Shown here piece by piece: positions 1 to 9,326 of a stretch of DNA of 64,000 bases. The notes below the pieces were generated by a model. That model searched no databases. It had not been told where the DNA came from and saw only the letters and a list, made by a program, of their open reading frames with translations. This DNA is from Escherichia phage T4. The first letter of the stretch is position 1. The number at the start of each line of letters is the position of its first letter. The stretch lies in the sequence record OL964735.1. One strand, written 5' to 3'. A program made the translations under genes and the position numbers.

Positions 1-772
1 ATGCATCAGTCGGGTCTTCGTCCAAAACAATATTAACTAATCTTTCGTTAGCTTCTTCTATTTCCGATTTTAGCGTTCTAGCTTCTTTTGCCAAATCATC
101 ATACATATTTTGTAGACGAGTAAGGTTGTCACCCGTTAATTTTTTCTGGCGTTCAACATTATCATTATATATTTTAATTTGTTGGATAATACTATCTTTT
201 TTAACATCAAGCACTTGGTTCTGCGAATTTAATTCACGTATTAGTGCTTTATTAAGCTTATCCATTTCAGCTAATGTTCCTACCTCAAGCAGGTCTTCCA
301 CAAGCTTTCTTCGCGCAGGGGTCGACAAACCCATGAAAGGGGTATACCCTGCTGTACCAAGGACAACAATCTGCTTGAAACTGGCATATGACATTCCGAT
401 AAGCTGTTCAAATTCTGCTTGGAAATCTTTACTGCTGGCAGATTCATTAAGACGTGTACCGTTAACGGTGATTTCGAAAACGTTTGGTTTTTGTCCTCTT
501 TTGATATAGTACTTTTTCTCATCATATTCCATCCACAGTTCAACTAAAAGTTCTTTCTTATTTGTGCTGTTTATTAATTGACCTTTCTTTACATCGCGAA
601 ATGGCTTACCAAAAAGCCCAAATGTGATGGCTTCTAGCATAGTAGACTTACCACCGCCATTTCGTCCAGTAATAAGAGTTTTTTGAACCTTATCTAATTG
701 AATGTCAATCCCATTTTGACCAACTGACATTATATTTTTATATTTTACTCTATTAAGTTTAAAATTCTTCAC
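1..772 (-). CDS. 46: Recombination nuclease subunit gp46 (SbcC/Rad50-like ATPase), N-terminal part only; gene continues past the left window edge
   Basis: Minus-strand frame open from window edge to GTG at 770-772 with AGGA 8 nt upstream; translation VKNFKLNRVKYKNIMSVGQ...TGRNGGGKSTMLEAITFGLFG has a Walker A P-loop; lies directly downstream of gene 47 as in T4. Alternative ATG start at 730. Confidence 0.8.
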   Translation of the reverse strand, partial: MKNFKLNRVKYKNIMSVGQNGIDIQLDKVQKTLITGRNGGGKSTMLEAITFGLFGKPFRDVKKGQLINSTNKKELLVELWMEYDEKKYYIKRGQKPNVFEITVNGTRLNESASSKDFQAEFEQLIGMSYASFKQIVVLGTAGYTPFMGLSTPARRKLVEDLLEVGTLAEMDKLNKALIRELNSQNQVLDVKKDSIIQQIKIYNDNVERQKKLTGDNLTRLQNMYDDLAKEARTLKSEIEEANERLVNIVLDEDPTDA

Positions 773-1032
773 AAAAGATTCCTTTTAATGTATCTTTTAG
801 ACCATTCTATCATATCATCATAATCTAAAAAGTATTCATCAAATTCAGCCATGCAAACAACGCCTTGTGCTGTTTTTGATGTGATATAAATTATTCCAAC
901 ATATCTAGAATCTTCTTCGGTATAATCAATATTTGCTATGAATTCATCATTAATGTCAAATGTCGAAAACTTCACAGTATGCATCCTTAATACAAGATAC
1001 AGCCATATCTCGTAATGATTTAGGTGTGTCAT
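769..1032 (-). CDS. hypothetical small protein (T4 46.1 position); start may be the internal ATG near 984
   Basis: ORF track; packed between 46 and 47. Confidence 0.35.
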   Translation of the reverse strand: MTHLNHYEIWLYLVLRMHTVKFSTFDINDEFIANIDYTEEDSRYVGIIYITSKTAQGVVCMAEFDEYFLDYDDMIEWSKRYIKRNLL

Positions 1033-1219
1033 TATCTAAAATGTTGAAGTTAAAAGATACAGCCCAGTCAGTGCAGACAGTAACCTTTTTAATACAATTA
1101 TCTTCAACCTCTAACGGTTCAAACCAGTATTCAATAATTTCTTTATGACCAATATCATCTTTTACTTCACATTTAAAATGCTGACTCATCATAACATTTT
1201 TAAATTCATCAAAAGTCAT
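956..1219 (-). CDS. hypothetical small protein (T4 46.2 position)
   Basis: ORF track; stop/start overlap with gene 47. Confidence 0.4.
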   Translation of the reverse strand: MTFDEFKNVMMSQHFKCEVKDDIGHKEIIEYWFEPLEVEDNCIKKVTVCTDWAVSFNFNILDNDTPKSLRDMAVSCIKDAYCEVFDI

Positions 1220-2235
1220 TGTGTTGCCTCTACATATAGCTGATTTGCATATTGAATAAGTGCTTCACGGTCAGAATCAGTGATGTCTGGAATTGCATTA
1301 ATATACTCTTCCATTAATGTCTGAAGCGATTGAACTTCAACTTCTTCACTGTCATCTGACTCGACAGAGTTATCAATCTTTGACACAACTCGTAATGAAT
1401 GCACAACTTTTTCTAGTTCAGATTCGAACTTCGTCAGATTTTTGTCTACTTCAGTTACTATAACACGTACTGATAGATTTGTAAAATCTTTATAGTCAAT
1501 TTTTCCTTTAAATGGATAATGAATTCTACGATGCCAGGTAGTATTGTTTGGAATAAATTCCGTTCGTTCTGTTTCTGTATCAAACATCCAGAACCCACGA
1601 GGGTCATTCTCGTCACCTGCGGTTAGTGTCCATGGTGTCCCAATATATCTGACGTTTGCAGCCTCAGAAATAGTATGGAAGTGACCAGACCACACTTCTT
1701 TATAAGTCTTAAGGAAATCGGGTTCAAGACCATGAGATTTCATTCCTTTATAAAAATAAAATCCATTCAGTTCCCAGTGACCAACACAAAAAGAAGCAGA
1801 TGAAGTTTTGATATGCTCAAGAATTTCACCAGTATTTTCTTCGCACATCCAAGGAATCAAATCAATCAAACACCCGTCAAAATCTACTGTAGTAGGCTTA
1901 TCATACACTTTAACATTAGGATATTTAGCCAAAAGCTCAGTAGAAGCATTTGGATGCATTACATTTTTATAGTGGAGATCGTGATTTCCTACAATAGTGT
2001 GTAATGTAATTCCAGCATCATCAAGCGTTTGAACTATTTCACGGGCAAACTCCATAGTTTTATGTGTGATCGCTTTTCGCACATCAAAAATATCACCGTA
2101 TTGAATCCAGGTAGTAATTCCATTTTTCTTAGAATATTCTATCGCTTGCTTAATTCCATCAATTTGAATACCGCGAATCCACTCATCATCAGCTTTAACG
2201 CCTAAATGCCAATCACCTAAATTTAAAATTTTCAT
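1216..2235 (-). CDS. 47: Recombination nuclease subunit gp47 (SbcD/Mre11-like metallophosphoesterase)
   Basis: 339 aa as in T4 gp47; calcineurin-like phosphoesterase motifs (GDWH, GNHD, GHWE/GH). Confidence 0.9.
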   Translation of the reverse strand: MKILNLGDWHLGVKADDEWIRGIQIDGIKQAIEYSKKNGITTWIQYGDIFDVRKAITHKTMEFAREIVQTLDDAGITLHTIVGNHDLHYKNVMHPNASTELLAKYPNVKVYDKPTTVDFDGCLIDLIPWMCEENTGEILEHIKTSSASFCVGHWELNGFYFYKGMKSHGLEPDFLKTYKEVWSGHFHTISEAANVRYIGTPWTLTAGDENDPRGFWMFDTETERTEFIPNNTTWHRRIHYPFKGKIDYKDFTNLSVRVIVTEVDKNLTKFESELEKVVHSLRVVSKIDNSVESDDSEEVEVQSLQTLMEEYINAIPDITDSDREALIQYANQLYVEATQ

Positions 2236-2391
2236 ATATCAAGAACCGTCATTGAAATGCAAAATAAAATTATTGAAATAAATCCATCTGGAGTGCTAAA
2301 GAACCCAATCCAACATGCTCTAGTGAATAGATAAAATGCAAGAAAAAGTATCACATATCCAAGAAATATCATTATATCAAACTCCGTATAA

Positions 2392-2412
2392 AGCTAAAGG
2401 GCCGAAGCCCTT
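2392..2412 (-). terminator. Intrinsic terminator after a-gt
   Basis: GGGC-UUCG-GCCC hairpin followed by UUUAGCUUU. Confidence 0.5.
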
Positions 2413-3614
2413 TATTTTGTAATAATGTCAAACTGTTCTTTAAAGCAGAAGCTTGAATCTTGATGCTGATACAAAAATTCATATGCTTTTTCTCGCTCAC
2501 GGTCATAAAGAGCTCGGTCAGATGACAGTTCTTTAATACGTTCAAATGTTGATTCCATATCATTTTCATCAAACCAAATGATACCGCTATCATGCGAGGT
2601 CAAAGGAGTATTATCAACACGGAATTTTAAATTTTCGCCAGTAGATTTCCAAAATACCGGAATTGTTCCACATGCACCAAGCTCGAGATGAGTATATTCG
2701 AGTGAGCGTTGTAAGTATTTCTGGTTAAGTTTACTCAACTGATATCCAAAGCCAGATTTACTCATTCGTTCAAGCATTTCACTATTAATATAACAATCTA
2801 GGATTTGTGCCGGTTGATTCGGCGCGAGATTCATTTTATCAATCTCACGATTACCGTAATATTCATACGGAATACCTTTTTCCTTAATTGCAATAAAAGC
2901 AGGGGAACGTTCCAGACCTTCCATTACAGTGGATTTACCAGCAGGTTTTAAGAATTTTTCATGAAAATCAAACATCTGGTAAAAACCTTTCCATGTAGTC
3001 GTACGACCAATCCAACGGTTGATATTCATGTTAATTTCAGAAACATCTTTCCAATAAGTTGACCGAACCTTCACAATATCCATAGGAGGCTGAAAATTAT
3101 ATACTGTCGGTGCTTCTTCAATATCATCAAACAGAGAAACAGTTTCTGGATACCATTCTTTCATCAGAACTTTATTAAAATCACCATTATCAGAATGGCT
3201 AAAAATAACATCAGCTCGACGAACAGTTTCTTCTAATCCCAAATTTCGACGCAAAGAAAGAACAGAATGATCATGCTGATAAACTACAACACGAATAGAA
3301 GGTTTAATATTATCTAAAAGTTTTTTATAGTTATTAATCGTAGCTTCTTGAACGGAAGTAGCAGGAACAGAATTAATAATTAGAATATCACAATCATTTA
3401 CTAGCTTAAGTGCTTTATCGTATTCTTTAGCTAAAATAACTGGAATTGAAAATGATTTGTGGTCATGAGAACTTGTACGAGTAAATGATTTATCTTTAGC
3501 ATAAACCAAAGTTACTTCATGACCATTTTTAATAAACCAATCACGTTGCTCGAGTGAGAATTTTGTTACACCACAACCTTCAAGACCTCGAGCCATAAAA
3601 ATGCAAATACGCAT
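2412..3614 (-). CDS. a-gt: DNA alpha-glucosyltransferase (glucosylates hydroxymethylcytosine DNA)
   Basis: 400 aa; N-terminus MRICIFMARGLEGCGVTKFSLEQRDWFIKNGHEVTLVYAK matches my recollection of T4 alpha-gt. Confidence 0.9.
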   Translation of the reverse strand: MRICIFMARGLEGCGVTKFSLEQRDWFIKNGHEVTLVYAKDKSFTRTSSHDHKSFSIPVILAKEYDKALKLVNDCDILIINSVPATSVQEATINNYKKLLDNIKPSIRVVVYQHDHSVLSLRRNLGLEETVRRADVIFSHSDNGDFNKVLMKEWYPETVSLFDDIEEAPTVYNFQPPMDIVKVRSTYWKDVSEINMNINRWIGRTTTWKGFYQMFDFHEKFLKPAGKSTVMEGLERSPAFIAIKEKGIPYEYYGNREIDKMNLAPNQPAQILDCYINSEMLERMSKSGFGYQLSKLNQKYLQRSLEYTHLELGACGTIPVFWKSTGENLKFRVDNTPLTSHDSGIIWFDENDMESTFERIKELSSDRALYDREREKAYEFLYQHQDSSFCFKEQFDIITK

Positions 3615-3672
3615 AGTTTTCCTCTTTTCATTTAATAAATCATGTAAATAATATTTTATTTTCTATAAAACG

Positions 3673-4467
3673 CTACGAATAGGCCCAAACATATCCATAA
3701 GCAATTTTGCTTTTTCCAGATATGCACTTTTTAATATTAGACATGCATCCTTTAACGGATACAGCTGCGTCTTTAATTCTAGGAAATACTCGTAATAATT
3801 TTCCAGTAGTATCATATTGAAATACTGGCACATTTCTTTTCTGAGTTATCCCACGTTTAGATTTAGACATTTTTTGTTTAGTTGCATTAGACATCCTAGA
3901 GGGCTTTCCTATGTTATCAGAATAATAATATTTCCATTGAAATCCTCCAGCGGTTTTCCTTTTACCATCTACACATTGTTTAATTGAAGTTGAACAGCTA
4001 TATGACATATCTTCTGCAGCATCTGTAATACATCTATATTTGCGAATAAAATTTCCATTTAAATCATATTGATAAATTGGTTTTCCAGCATTTCGTCTAG
4101 CGTTAGACATGTATTTTTTATTATCATCATCTTTCCAGAACTCTTTCATGCTTTCCGATATTGAAGAAGATACAGCTGTTTTAATCCATCCATACATTTT
4201 ATTATTTAGTCTTGTTCCGTCAGAACTATAACACATCATACGAATAGCTAAAGCCAATTTAGGAAGTCTATAAATTTTAAATAATAATAAATGCGCGGTA
4301 AAATGTTCTTCTGGTGTCAAAAGAACTAAATTAGTTTTATCATCTGTACCACCCATACATCTAGGAATTATATGATGTGTTTCAGTATAGTATGTCAAAA
4401 GACTTTTATCATTGCCTCTGTTTAGTCCTTTTTCGATCAGTAAATTATATATGTTTAAATAATTCAT
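3673..4467 (-). CDS. mobB: HNH homing endonuclease (free-standing, mob-type)
   Basis: 264 aa; HNH motif ETHHIIPRCMGGTDDKTNLVLLTPEEHFTAH; position between a-gt and 55 as T4 mobB. Confidence 0.7.
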   Translation of the reverse strand: MNYLNIYNLLIEKGLNRGNDKSLLTYYTETHHIIPRCMGGTDDKTNLVLLTPEEHFTAHLLLFKIYRLPKLALAIRMMCYSSDGTRLNNKMYGWIKTAVSSSISESMKEFWKDDDNKKYMSNARRNAGKPIYQYDLNGNFIRKYRCITDAAEDMSYSCSTSIKQCVDGKRKTAGGFQWKYYYSDNIGKPSRMSNATKQKMSKSKRGITQKRNVPVFQYDTTGKLLRVFPRIKDAAVSVKGCMSNIKKCISGKSKIAYGYVWAYS

Positions 4468-4502
4468 TTTAGTTTATTTTACCAAAAAATTTATAAAGCA
4501 AT

Positions 4503-4522
4503 ATAGGAGCCGAAGCTCCTAT
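4503..4522 (-). terminator. UUCG-loop hairpin (possible terminator)
   Basis: AGGAGC-UUCG-GCUCCU with U-rich tail. Confidence 0.45.
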
Positions 4523-4710
4523 CCACATAATACGCCATACAGAGGCTCGTTAGAACTTTTAAATTTTATGCGCTTATATGTTATAGTTCCTTCTGCTTTA
4601 GCTTTATCATGAGCCTCTTTAAAGCGTCTCATCATTTCCTCTCTAGAGGAACGAATTTTATTATAATCTATTTCAGAAGTCGGATGTTCATCTTTCACAG
4701 TTGCCACCAT
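4519..4710 (-). CDS. hypothetical small protein (a-gt.2-like)
   Basis: ORF track; tight packing. Confidence 0.4.
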   Translation of the reverse strand: MVATVKDEHPTSEIDYNKIRSSREEMMRRFKEAHDKAKAEGTITYKRIKFKSSNEPLYGVLCG

Positions 4711-4901
4711 TTTTTGACTTGATAAGAATCAACCCACACTTTCATATTAGGGTCTGCTCTTACAATAGGAGGATTAACTTCTTTGATTGAACTATCACGG
4801 TATTCTTTTTCAGAAATTTTCACGCAAAGATGACCATTCAAAGATTCAGTAAATCCTGCATTAATTTTAAGACGCTTGAATTTTACGTGTGTAAGCATCA
4901 A
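4695..4901 (-). CDS. hypothetical small protein
   Basis: ORF track. Confidence 0.4.
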   Translation of the reverse strand: MMLTHVKFKRLKINAGFTESLNGHLCVKISEKEYRDSSIKEVNPPIVRADPNMKVWVDSYQVKKWWQL

Positions 4902-5184
4902 TCATATCCTCAATCTGCGATCTAGTAGTCTTCCAAAGAATACTGATGAGTTCATCGTTATATGGCTGTTTTAGAATATCCCGACTTTTCTTGATAGCAT
5001 ATTCGTATTGAGCAAAATTATTATTTTCAGCTGCGATCTGAGCGTGCTTATAAAGACGATTCAGTTCGCGTTTGTTTTTAGACAATAACTTATTTGCTTT
5101 TCTTTCTGCTTCAAGACGGTTCTTTTCTTCAATAGAAGAAATAAGCTTTTCCACTTCATCATTAATTTCGGGTTTATCAGTCAT
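4867..5184 (-). CDS. hypothetical coiled-coil protein
   Basis: ORF track; 105 aa, charged and helical. Confidence 0.4.
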   Translation of the reverse strand: MTDKPEINDEVEKLISSIEEKNRLEAERKANKLLSKNKRELNRLYKHAQIAAENNNFAQYEYAIKKSRDILKQPYNDELISILWKTTRSQIEDMIDAYTRKIQAS

Positions 5185-5185
5185 A

Positions 5186-5431
5186 TTATTTCTCTAATAT
5201 AAAATAAAAATCATCATCTGTTAAATGATACCGATAGTTTAATTCTACACCATTAGATTTAAAAGCGGTATCATACGGATTTTCTGGATCAATATCAATG
5301 TCAAGAGCTAAAACTTCCCTGAGATACATTTTAAGTAAATAGGGAATAGCTTCAACTTCAGGTATTTCTTCCAAGAATCCGGAGAGGTTAATCGTTAGCC
5401 TCATATAAAAAATCCAAACTAGGAGAATCAT
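5186..5431 (-). CDS. hypothetical small acidic protein
   Basis: ORF track. Confidence 0.4.
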
Positions 5432-5945
5432 CTACAACACTTTTCTTTTCAGCCCCCGGTGTTCTATAGGTTGATTCTTCGTAATGCGTCATTTTATCAT
5501 AGATGTCTTGAATAAAAGTTTCATCTACTAACGCAACCATATCGTCGTCACGGCTGTCATAGACATTGTGAACGAAGTAACTATATTTCTTTGCAACTTC
5601 CTTACGTTCTTTTTTAATACGTTGGACGAATGCATTAAAACAAGCTTGAGTTATATACGCATGTGGGTTTTTATATTTCGTTTCATCAAAATTGTGAAGC
5701 CCCTTAATAGAAGCTTCTATACCATCTGCAATCATTTCTTGTTTCCAAGACTGGGTGTATCCTGAAAAGTTGAAACGTTTAGATAAGCCTTCTGCAATAA
5801 GCATAATGGCTAATCCGATAGTATCATTCTGACGAACTACTTTATTTGGGTCTTTATTATTTGCTAATTCTGTTTTCCAATCAATAATAGCTTGTAAAAG
5901 CTCTTTATTGTTTACGTAATTATATTTAGGCTTAGTTTCTGACAT
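5388..5945 (-). CDS. 55: Late-transcription sigma factor gp55
   Basis: 185 aa from ATG at 5945 (track start 5951 is a GTG); sequence [58 protein letters not shown] matches T4 gp55. Confidence 0.92.
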
Positions 5946-6027
5946 TTTCACCTCTTAGCTCAATTCATAGATCTATTATATCATAATATTTGAAGACCTA
6001 TCTTAAAGCATAGAGGATGAATCAATT

Positions 6028-6243
6028 TCAAGCATTCATCAGATTAGCCGCTCCAAGAGCTGCATCTAGTGAATCAAATTGGTCAACATATTCAATTAAT
6101 TCGCCGTAATTAGCGTATAACCACCATTGGCTAAATTCATACTCAAGGATGAATCCATTTCCTTCAATTTGAGTTAAACCAATGCCATTTGTATTTACTT
6201 CATACCCAGCGAGACGTAAATCGTTAATAAGAGCTTCGTTCAT
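6028..6243 (-). CDS. hypothetical protein (55.1-like)
   Basis: ORF track. Confidence 0.4.
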   Translation of the reverse strand: MNEALINDLRLAGYEVNTNGIGLTQIEGNGFILEYEFSQWWLYANYGELIEYVDQFDSLDAALGAANLMNA

Positions 6244-6245
6244 AA

Positions 6246-6572
6246 TTATACCTTAGTAATTTTCAGGTCTGCAAATTTTTTCTTGCGTTGATTTTTCATG
6301 CGACGAATAGTTTTATCGGAAATTTCATGCTTTTGATAAGCTTTAGATTCTACACCAAAAGCTTTAACATCAAATTCTGACAAGATATATTGAACCAACA
6401 ATTCACGGACAGTATTGCGTCCAATCTTCTGATCATTCTGTTTCATCGTTTGATGAAGCTCTTTTTCCCATTTATCCAAAATTTGAGGAGTTACAATATC
6501 GCCTTTTTCTAGCAAAGAAACTACTTTATCATATGCGTAAGAATTGATGGCGTTTTTAATTTGAATAGTCAT
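6246..6572 (-). CDS. hypothetical protein (55.2-like)
   Basis: ORF track; 108 aa. Confidence 0.45.
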   Translation of the reverse strand: MTIQIKNAINSYAYDKVVSLLEKGDIVTPQILDKWEKELHQTMKQNDQKIGRNTVRELLVQYILSEFDVKAFGVESKAYQKHEISDKTIRRMKNQRKKKFADLKITKV

Positions 6573-6603
6573 ACATTATCCTCAATTACGTTAAAATTTT
6601 ATT

Positions 6604-6626
6604 ATCCAAAAAGGGCCGAAGCCCTT
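6604..6626 (-). terminator. Intrinsic terminator
   Basis: AGGGC-UUCG-GCCCU followed by UUUUUGG. Confidence 0.65.
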
Positions 6627-6825
6627 AGCTAAACTTTTTGGCACCCTTCCAGCCTTCGTACATCATTGCGACTGACAATGACAAAGCTCCTTCACATGCT
6701 GCATACTTATTATTCCAGAACCAATTTAGAAAAACTTCATCCTCAATACCGTTGTGTTTCATGTTCTGGAAAAATTTGGCGCGTTCTTCAGCAATTCGCT
6801 GCGATAATTTAGATTCAGGATTCAT
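6625..6825 (-). CDS. hypothetical small protein
   Basis: ORF track; followed by terminator hairpin at 6604-6626. Confidence 0.4.
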   Translation of the reverse strand: MNPESKLSQRIAEERAKFFQNMKHNGIEDEVFLNWFWNNKYAACEGALSLSVAMMYEGWKGAKKFS

Positions 6826-7041
6826 TTAAATTTCCCAATTGCCATTTTCATCAATAAATTTAATCCAGTCATTTACTGACCACTTGGTCGTATCGCCTTT
6901 TGGAGTAACATTTAAAGTGTATAGCCCTTGCTTAAAAAGCATGCGTTTGATATTCATATTTTCCTCAGCTGTAACGATAACACTCGTTTGATTTACGTTT
7001 AGCAACTCGTTGAGAAGTATTATAATCAAAATCATCATCAA
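6826..7041 (-). CDS. hypothetical small protein
   Basis: ORF track. Confidence 0.35.
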   Translation of the reverse strand: MMMILIIILLNELLNVNQTSVIVTAEENMNIKRMLFKQGLYTLNVTPKGDTTKWSVNDWIKFIDENGNWEI

Positions 7042-7255
7042 TGTAAACTGATTTTTTCAACTTTCTTACTTCACCGCGTAATTGACGATTTAACTCATCT
7101 TTAACTTCTGAATCAATACCTTTCATTCTACGCCATTTATCTGAGCGAAAAATGTTTTCAACCATATCTTTATGACTTACCCCATCAGGAGCTTTACGCT
7201 TTCCGAAATAGTCATAATCACGCACTTTTAAGTCTTTACGACGATACGTTTTACC
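6965..7255 (-). CDS. hypothetical basic protein (possible nucleic-acid binding)
   Basis: ORF track 6965..7303; internal start MGKTYRRKDLKV preferred; Lys/Arg-rich. Confidence 0.35.
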   Translation of the reverse strand, partial: GKTYRRKDLKVRDYDYFGKRKAPDGVSHKDMVENIFRSDKWRRMKGIDSEVKDELNRQLRGEVRKLKKSVYIDDDFDYNTSQRVAKRKSNECYRYS

Positions 7256-7433
7256 CATGGAGTTTAATTTCCTTAGCAACTGAACTAAATACAGCACGAT
7301 CACAAATCATACGTTTATGTAACTTGAGTATAAGATAGTAAACATCAAAACCATTTACATAAGTAACACGAACAACATTACCATTCACGAGATAATACTG
7401 TCCCTTTTTAATCTCTTTATCAACCACAACCAT
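7251..7433 (-). CDS. hypothetical small protein, first ORF behind early promoter at 7462-7493
   Basis: ORF track; promoter-like element immediately upstream. Confidence 0.35.
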   Translation of the reverse strand: MVVVDKEIKKGQYYLVNGNVVRVTYVNGFDVYYLILKLHKRMICDRAVFSSVAKEIKLHG

Positions 7434-7461
7434 ATCAATTCCTCAAAGGTAATTCATATGT

Positions 7462-7493
7462 TAATAATACCACGGTTTGAACTTGTTGTAAAC
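7462..7493 (-). promoter_or_regulatory. Early (sigma70-type) promoter, minus strand
   Basis: Minus sense TTTTTCACAAAGTT-GTTTAC-(17)-TGGTATTAT: A-rich upstream element, -35 and extended -10. Confidence 0.55.
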
Positions 7494-7570
7494 AACTTTG
7501 TGAAAAATATTTTAGGGAATGATAAGAAAGGAACGATAGCTTAGAATGGTAATATACAGAATGTGAGAAA

Positions 7571-7590
7571 GAAAGGCCCAGAGGGCCCGT
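7571..7590 (-). terminator. Intrinsic terminator after nrdH
   Basis: GGGCC-CUCU-GGGCC followed by UUUCUUUC. Confidence 0.55.
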
Positions 7591-7591
7591 C

Positions 7592-7900
7592 TTAATCTTC
7601 TATGATATCTCTATCATATCCAAGTGAAATGAGAGTTTCTTTGAAGTGTTTAATGTTCTTTTGTCTAGAATCATTAATGAAAATGACTGGATAACGAATG
7701 TTAAGAGATGTGAATCCAGCGCGTTTAGCAAGAGATACAATCAGCGGACGATCATACTCAATCTTACCATTATTTGTAAGAACTTTATAGAAAGTAAAAG
7801 GAGCATTGAGCTCCTTTAGAAGTTTTGTAACTGATTGACATCCAGGACAACGACCTACTTCATCTGGAATTCCATAGACTTCAATCTTATTTTGTTTCAC
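7592..7900 (-). CDS. nrdH: Glutaredoxin-like protein NrdH
   Basis: 102 aa; redox motif CPGC near N-terminus; position beside nrdG. Confidence 0.8.
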   Translation of the reverse strand: MKQNKIEVYGIPDEVGRCPGCQSVTKLLKELNAPFTFYKVLTNNGKIEYDRPLIVSLAKRAGFTSLNIRYPVIFINDSRQKNIKHFKETLISLGYDRDIIED

Positions 7901-7902
7901 AA

Positions 7903-8115
7903 CTATTCCTTACTAAGAGCAGCATTCAGCTTGTTAGTAATTTTATCCAGACGCTCATTGAATTCACTAGAAGATAAGCCCTTTTCTGGAGAAATCAAAC
8001 TAATCACGAAAAATATAGCAATAAAAGGAATAAGGAAAATAGCTCCAACTGCCATAAACAGAAAGAATGTTACAGTTGTAAGAAAATCAGCTAAACCTTT
8101 ACGAAATTTATACAT
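7903..8115 (-). CDS. hypothetical small membrane protein
   Basis: 70 aa with one hydrophobic helix (FLFMAVGAIFLIPFIAIFFVISLI). Confidence 0.4.
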   Translation of the reverse strand: MYKFRKGLADFLTTVTFFLFMAVGAIFLIPFIAIFFVISLISPEKGLSSSEFNERLDKITNKLNAALSKE

Positions 8116-8233
8116 TTACATTTACCTTTAATTGATTAACCAAGCATTGATAAGCACTAAACTATACTGCGAATAAAATTCTGGACCAAAATGAAAAATC
8201 ATATCATTTATAGTATCCATAATGTAATTCAAT

Positions 8234-8704
8234 TTAATCATGTTTCCACACCCCATCGGTATTTGACCAAAGTCGCTGATTATCTGATCCTCGCCACAGC
8301 TTTTTGGTCGGAAGATTTTTCTCATACTTCCCATCAATAATAACATCAACATATTTAAGCATTTCTAGTTGTTTAATATCTTCAAACTTATATCCTGTCC
8401 ACAACCAGATATCTTTCTCCGGAAATCTTGCTTTAACCCAAGAAACTAAATTTGAAATCTCTTCTCGGTTCTGTGGATAAAGTGGGTCACCGCCGGTTAA
8501 GGTAAGGCCTTGGATATACGATTTGCTTAAATGGGACGCAAGTTCTTTAACGGTATTCATAGTGAATAACTGTCCGTTACGAGCATTCCAAGTACTACGA
8601 TTATAACAACCTTCGCATTTATGCAAACATCCAGTGACGAAGAGAACGACCCTACATCCAGGGCCGTTAACGAAATCGCATGGATAAATTCTATCATAAT
8701 TCAT
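8234..8704 (-). CDS. nrdG: Anaerobic ribonucleotide reductase activating protein NrdG (radical SAM)
   Basis: 156 aa from ATG at 8704; MNYDRIYPCDFVNGPGCRVVLFVTGCLHKCEGCYN contains the radical-SAM cysteine cluster and resembles the E. coli NrdG N-terminus. Confidence 0.9.
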   Translation of the reverse strand: MNYDRIYPCDFVNGPGCRVVLFVTGCLHKCEGCYNRSTWNARNGQLFTMNTVKELASHLSKSYIQGLTLTGGDPLYPQNREEISNLVSWVKARFPEKDIWLWTGYKFEDIKQLEMLKYVDVIIDGKYEKNLPTKKLWRGSDNQRLWSNTDGVWKHD

Positions 8705-9326
8705 CTTTATATTTCCAAGTATATCCCTTATGAATAGATTGAATTCCTTTGCAACATTTATAAACAGCAGAATGAAAAAATCCTGCATTTCTTATTTCAG
8801 TTGCTCCAGTTAGTTCTATTGTATTTCCGTCTGGTGAATAGCCAATAACCGTTTTGGTGTTAAAGCGATTTCTAGAACTATTTTTGATATGCTCTTTATG
8901 ATTAGTAGACAAAGTTCTTCCTGTTAGCCCATCAGATATCCTTTTTCCAAAATCATCAGGAAGAGTTACTTTAGACCTAGCTATGCTCATTAGCTTCTTA
9001 GTTTTATCGCTTCTTTTTGCGCCACGCTGATTTTCAAATTTCTTAGCTTTTGCATACGCGTATTGTGAAGAAGTAACTTTTCTATGCTTACTATTACTCA
9101 TTATCCAATATGCATCATACATCTTTCCACCATATATTTTAGCCAATAAATGGTGAGCAGTATAGTGGGCCTTATAAGTTAAAAATACTAAGTTGTCTAA
9201 ATCATCTGAACCACCCATACTTCTTGGAATTATATGATGAAGTTCATACCCGGCTTTAGTTTGACGGGGCTTAGATGGGTGTTCAGCAGAATTAACTAGA
9301 TTTGAATAGATTCTGTCATAATTCAT
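8694..9326 (-). CDS. mobC: HNH homing endonuclease wedged between nrdD and nrdG
   Basis: 210 aa; HNH motif YELHHIIPRSMGGSDDLDNLVFLTYKAHYTAHH; start overlaps nrdD stop and stop overlaps nrdG start. Confidence 0.65.
   Translation of the reverse strand: MNYDRIYSNLVNSAEHPSKPRQTKAGYELHHIIPRSMGGSDDLDNLVFLTYKAHYTAHHLLAKIYGGKMYDAYWIMSNSKHRKVTSSQYAYAKAKKFENQRGAKRSDKTKKLMSIARSKVTLPDDFGKRISDGLTGRTLSTNHKEHIKNSSRNRFNTKTVIGYSPDGNTIELTGATEIRNAGFFHSAVYKCCKGIQSIHKGYTWKYKDEL

Noticed and set aside
126-543. Track ORFs 126..509 (+) and 280..543 (-) at the left edge
   Set aside because: They lie in alternative frames or on the opposite strand within the gp46 coding region, whose minus-strand frame is open from the window edge to 772 and carries a Walker A motif; the gp46 frame is absent from the track only because it lacks a stop inside the window.
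8128-8352. Track ORF 8128..8352 (-) overlapping the 3' end of nrdG
   Set aside because: It overlaps the well-supported nrdG frame by about 120 nt in another frame and has no independent support; likely spurious or mis-started.
8694-8725. The HNH endonuclease (8694-9326) and nrdG both begin MNYDRIY, with 19/21 identical nucleotides, suggesting the endonuclease insertion duplicated the nrdG start
   Set aside because: The other two HNH genes in the window also begin MNY..(I/V)Y (MNYLNIY, MNYTKVY) and E. coli NrdG begins MNYHQYY, so the shared heptapeptide is explained by family-conserved N-termini plus AT-biased codon choice; kept as a curiosity only.
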